A DNA stretch of 63,101 bases, filler included. It is 15 parts of 15 records of this genome, joined end to end, with 100 filler letters (N's around TTAATTAATTAA, not from the genome) between each part and the next. Parts side by side here need not be neighbours in the genome. Positions count along the whole stretch, not along the records: positions 55,424 to 59,641 come from SRR15195285_6136; positions 59,742 to 63,101 come from SRR15195285_6157; 13 more parts are not named here. One strand, 5' to 3'. Shown piece by piece: positions 58,351-63,101 of this stretch. A program made the position numbers and the translations under genes. A model generated the notes under the pieces. The model was not told where the DNA came from, ran no database searches, and saw nothing but the letters and a program-made list of their open reading frames with translations. Within the stretch, counting starts at the first letter, position 1; each line of letters opens with the position of its first letter.

Positions 58351-59641
58351 TTAGCTGACTCTCGACTTCAAGGGCGAGCGTAGCAGTTTGCGAGGCATGT
58401 CCACGCGCCACTTGGGTGCCGTCGCCACCGAGCGCCCTGTTGTTAGGAGCGCCGCTGCTTCCTCCTCCGGCAATCTCAACGCTGTAAATCCTGACGACCA
58501 ACCATTTCCTGACCACTTTCCATCAACCATCTGGTCGTCGCCGAATAGAACGGCTTGCCATTCCGTCGCCGAACCATTTGCGTAAACTTGTGTCATGCGC
58601 ACACGATTGTCATCGCCCAACCGCACGTTGATCATCTCAAAGAGTTCGTCAACCGTCGAATCGTGGAGACTCGTGGACAGCTTCGAGGTCGGCAGTGCGC
58701 GCCCTGTGACTGTCCCTGACACACCTACCTCGAGCACAAACATCTCACCTTCGTCCAGAGTCGAGACCACGCTGCCGTCCCAGTAGTGGTCACGTGTGCG
58801 GCCCACAGCACACCACACTCCAGCCAACCTCCACGCATCTCGTGTTTCCGCCGACCTGTCATCGATGTTCACCGCGGCGCACATCAGCACAAATGCACTG
58901 GAGGCGCGACAAGTCTAGCGCGCACTACATGGGCGCCGATCTCGAATCCGGGCGCTAGTCACGTTGAAAGAATTTCTGAATGGGTGTTTTCGTACCGAAG
59001 GTGAGCGGCTGATCTAATTAAGCCGCTGATCCCTTCATCGACAGCTTGCATCACTGAGCTAGCACCTTCACCTTCTCGCGGCGCCAATTCTCCACCTCCC
59101 CCGATCCATGAACCAAACGTGTCATCATCAATGTAACGAAGGTCATCCTCGACAAGTCTTCGTGCCTCCGCGTTACCACCGCCACTAATTGCAGTTGAAA
59201 GATTTCCAACTGCAGACCAGATACATCGAGACAAAAGGCGAGCGAGGCAAGCAGGCAGTGGATTCAGGCATGTTAGCACTGGCGAGAACCACCACAAGGC
59301 AAAAAGGGTCCAATTGATTGCTGCTGAGATCTGGAGCAAGATGGCCCATCTGCTCACGAAAAGAACGATCGTTTTGCAACTGCATGTCGGCATTCCCCAT
59401 CGCAACGCTCTGAGCCTGCTGCAGGTAGCAGTTCTGTTCTTTCCACCATTTCCATCTGCCGAAGAAAGCACCGGATCAATCACAGCTACCACCACCAAGG
59501 CATACTACGGTGACACACCAATGGGAGAACACGATTGGCAGGTGCTGGACCTTACCGCCGTCTTAGCATGGTGCAATCATCTTCCAAAACGTTCACCTCT
59601 CTCTCAATTGTATCACGTTCCAGTGCCAACCCGTGCAGTCC
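58351..59641 (-). CDS. Hypothetical multi-exon protein, 5' truncated
   Basis: Coding-like ORFs 58351-58890 and 58959-59498 separated by GT-AG-like segments. No family recognised. Confidence 0.45.
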
Positions 59642-60034
59642 NNNNNNNNNNNNNNNNNNNNNNNNNNNNNNNNNNNNNNNNNNNNTTAATTAATTAANNN
59701 NNNNNNNNNNNNNNNNNNNNNNNNNNNNNNNNNNNNNNNNNGGGTGCTGCTGGTAGTGGGCCTCTCGATAAAAAACAGGTTCGGCAGAGACGTGACGTCT
59801 TGTATCTAATCTATCGCGCCTATGCTAGTCGCGCGCGCGCGCGATACATGCATTCATGCGTGCACGCCTATATACGATACCCGCAGCAGCGAGTGCGTGA
59901 TGATGCTGCAGCAGCTAGCGCCGGCGTCAGCGCCAGCAGCAGAAGTCGATACCCCTCCGGGCGCATCACTGAAGAACACAACGCGACAGAGCTGGAGCTT
60001 TCTGGGCAGAGTGGTACCCAGTGCGTCGTCACAA

Positions 60035-62347
60035 ATGTTCAGCATGAGGCACAAGCCGACGCCCTTCATCGTCGTTGCCTTGCAGCTCGCGTCGGCGGCC
60101 TGTCCCCACTCTGCAGACAGCGTGGGACTGGGCGGTGGCTGCCCGTGGGCCAACGCGTCGGCATGCTTGCGCAACACCTCGCAGTGTGTCGTTCTTTCCC
60201 CCGGCGGCGGCGCTGCTGACTGCGGCCCAGAGCACCAACAGTGTGCCCAGCCCTTCGCTTCAGCACCTCAGTTTCACATCATGGATCGTAGTGGATGTGG
60301 CATGAATGATCCGAACGGACCTTTCTACGACGAGCTGCACGACATGTATCACGTGTTCTGGCAGGATCACCTCGCGCTGCCCCGTGGTGGGCGTGGGCAC
60401 GGCTCGATCTGGGGGCATGCTGCCTCCAAGGACCTTGCGACGTGGACGATGCTTCCAGTCGCGCTGTGGAACGACAGAGATTGGGACGACACCGCGCTCT
60501 TTACCGGCAGCGCGACCATTGTTGATGGCAACCCTGTGCTGATGTATCCAGGCATAACGCAGACTTATCCCGGTGGCGACAATCTGGCCATTGCGACACC
60601 AGCCAACCGCAGCGACCCCCTGCTCAAGGAGTGGGTTAAACCGAGCAGTGGGCCGATGGTCAACCACACCCACGACGATCCGACGTCGGCGTGGCGCACG
60701 GAGTGGGGCGAGTGGAGGCTACACGACAAAAGTGGACAGGTCTACGCAACACCAGACCCGCACTTCGTCAGCGGCTTTGCCCGCGTGCCCAACTACACCA
60801 TTCCGAACACCGGCGAGTGCAGCTCACTGTTCCCACTCCCACGCTGTACGCCAGGCGCTGTCTGCAACGCAACGACGGCTCAACCGACGCACGTGCACAA
60901 GCACAGCACCTACGCTGACCGAACTTACAGGCTGCGGATCGACCAGATGATCGTTGGCACACTGACAGAGGCACCACCGGGGAAGCCAGGAACCTGGACC
61001 TCGCAGGGACGACACCAAGAGATCGATCGCACGTTTTATTGTACGTTAAGCACACATTAGCTGTCGATCCAGTCGCAGACATCGACATCACAGCGTTTTC
61101 TTTGCATCCTCGGCTTTAGCTGCTAGACTGGAGTTGATTCGATAATGTGCTTCAGATGCATCGAAGGACTTCCTCGACACTTCCACGAGGCCAAATCGAC
61201 GAATCCTGTGGGGCTGGGTTGAGCTTGGTCATGGAGCGCTATCGCTGCCGCGTGAGATCACCTGGCATCCGCAGCTGCAGCAACTTGTCTTCTCGCCCAT
61301 CCCCGAGCTCGAGAAGCTCCGCGTGCGACCGCTCGGAACACGACCGTTGCAGAACGCCACTCCACTCTCACCGAATGTAACGCATCTGCTCGGATGCGTG
61401 GACACCGTGGAGGTCAAGGCTGTCTTTGAGCGTCCCCTGCGGCGGACGCGGCTCGGCGTCTACATTGCAGCAAATCACACCCAACGAAGTGGCTACTGGT
61501 ACTTCATAGAGTACGAGCCGCCGCCACCAGCTGCCAGCATGGGCGCCGTCTACAATGTCACAGTGGGCAGAACGCGCCTCCCGGTATCATCTGGGCGGTA
61601 CAAGCGAGTGATGCGCGGAGTCGACCTTGTGGGTGCTGATTACAACACTACCGCAGCTAACTATACCGACTACAGGCTATGCCAGGCTGCATGTGATGCC
61701 AATGCCATGTGAGTATAGCGACATCCGAATCTCAATGGTCAATTCCCTGGAGCATGGCAAATCCATTCAACAGAATGCAGAATCAACTTCTGATTGCCCG
61801 AGGTGGTGCTGGCCGGCCGTGTTGCGACATCAGGTGTGCTGCATGGACGTTCATACAGCCGGGTTGCCCACTTTGCACGGGCACGTGCTTGCTGAAGAGT
61901 GCCGTCCCATACCTTGAGACATCCAAGCAACTCCACGGCGCAACAAGCGGGGTGAAAGACCCTGCGGGGTGCGAGGACTCCTTGGTTACTGATCGCATGG
62001 CTTTGCTTCCTAGTGATCAGACGCTCGAGCTGCATGTCTTCGTGGATGTTGGCATCGCAGAGGTAAGAAAGCTTTTGGGGCTCGTTTATACTAAATGATC
62101 ATTTTGCCCAGACAGGCTCGTGACAAACATACGCAGGGAACGCTACTAAAAGAAAGGTGTTGTTTTTTCGCAGGGCTACTTCAACGGTGGGCGCGTTGCC
62201 ATGACGACGCCCACCTCACCGTATGCGAGCGGCACATGTACAGGGGTGCTAGCCACAAACACGGGGGTGATGCTGTCGGCGGCTGGTGCATGGGAGGTCG
62301 GTAACATTTCGATTAGTGAGGACGAGTTGCTGCGAACGCAGCGGTAA
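60035..62347 (+). CDS. Secreted GH32 (beta-fructofuranosidase-like) with a PAN/Apple domain insert (4 exons)
   Basis: MNDPNG; WGHAASKDL; FTGSAT; HDDP; GECSSLF; YASKDF; ALSLPREI; PAN GVDLVGADY..CQAAC..CAAWTF..CLLK. Introns 61041-61155, 61709-61833, 62063-62173. Confidence 0.92.
62063..62173 (+). mobile_element. Introner-like AT-rich intron
   Basis: GTAAGAAAGCTTTT..TTTATACTAAATGATCATTTTGCCCAGACAGGCTCGTGACAAACATA..TTTTTTCGCAG. More AT-rich than most introns here and matches a repeated intron family I recall (unverified). Confidence 0.55.
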
Positions 62348-63101
62348 AACAAAATGGTTATGCACCAAAAAGTACATACTAGCAATGCGAGTGCTTTTGA
62401 AAAGGAACTCCATTCCACTTTGTGACGCCCTACCTTCACACTATGAAGGGAATTCAAAATTGAGTCATCTGCGCATGCTGATCTTTGAGACACGTGATTC
62501 CAGATGAGACGAGACGAGGATCGAAGGCGCGTTTACCAAATCGACGGCCGACCGAGTATTCGGCGGTTCCCCATTAGCCGTGACCGGCCGTCGTCGGCAT
62601 ACCTTTTTGGGGGCCAGGCTGGGCCTTTTTTTACAGGTGCTGTTAGGTGGAGCGCGAGACGAGCGCGAGGAAGGAGAAACTTTAGTGCTGGTGGCTAGGG
62701 TGAACGGTCGTGGAAGGCTGATCCCCGCCCCTGCACTCAACAAAACAATGTTTCACCGAGTGGCGGGGGGTTTGGAGGACCCTCATTTTAAAAAAAAACC
62801 GTACATTGTATTGTATAATCAATGAACCCTCAAAAGTCACAGTCAGTCAATCTATTAACCCACTGCTCGCTCTGCCGCTGAGTGAAACCTGTTCCCCACG
62901 AGACGATTCTGGAATTCAAATGTTCCTCCGCAATCCACTCTCGATGACCGAAATCCCTATAATTTCCTACCAAAACACAGCCGTATCTCGCCGACGCTCC
63001 CCCCCGCCGTGTATTCCCCAGTGATTTCCGTACTCCCCATCCGAAAATTCAAACCGTTTGAGGACGAGGAAGGAAGTGCTCGTGGCCATACTATTGACTG
63101 G

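Noticed and set aside
4908-59741. Regularly recurring TTAATTAATTAA as a CRISPR-like or biological repeat
   Set aside because: It is always flanked by exactly 44 N on each side, which marks a synthetic six-frame-stop linker.
2037-62347. Apparent glycan/sulfate utilisation cluster (sulfatase, sulfotransferase, GxGYxYP, GH32)
   Set aside because: The genes lie on different contigs separated by artificial linkers, so there is no physical linkage.

Overview
This is eukaryotic DNA, GC-rich with short GT-AG introns. It is not one locus. It is 15 unrelated contigs of about 3-6 kb joined by an artificial 100-nt linker (44 N + TTAATTAATTAA + 44 N), so gene adjacency across linkers means nothing. By splicing exons by hand I recover about 27 genes or gene fragments. 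Recognisable ones: sulfatase, GDAP2, argJ, papain-like protease, sulfotransferase, sestrin, NADKc-like kinase fragment, PhyH dioxygenase, NDPK-like protein, UTP23, GH32. The gene content suggests a heterotrophic marine protist. One intron resembles a repeat I recall from Picozoa single-cell assemblies, but that is unverified. The most notable signals are unusual domain fusions: (1) an intronless TIR + non-RD kinase + HSF-like DNA-binding protein, a candidate one-polypeptide immune or stress signalling system; (2) a FYVE + tepsin-type ENTH + Qa-SNARE syntaxin, plus a second protein with three tepsin-type ENTH domains; (3) a Cyc8/Ssn6-type TPR + ankyrin + coiled coil + CEP164-type WW chimera; (4) a cNMP-binding domain fused to an MFS transporter; (5) UTP23 fused to a GRF zinc finger; (6) an 8-unit zinc-repeat protein with ABC periodicity. 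There is also an introner-like intron and recurring palindromic and (CG)n motifs upstream of genes. All domain calls are by eye; no searches were run.
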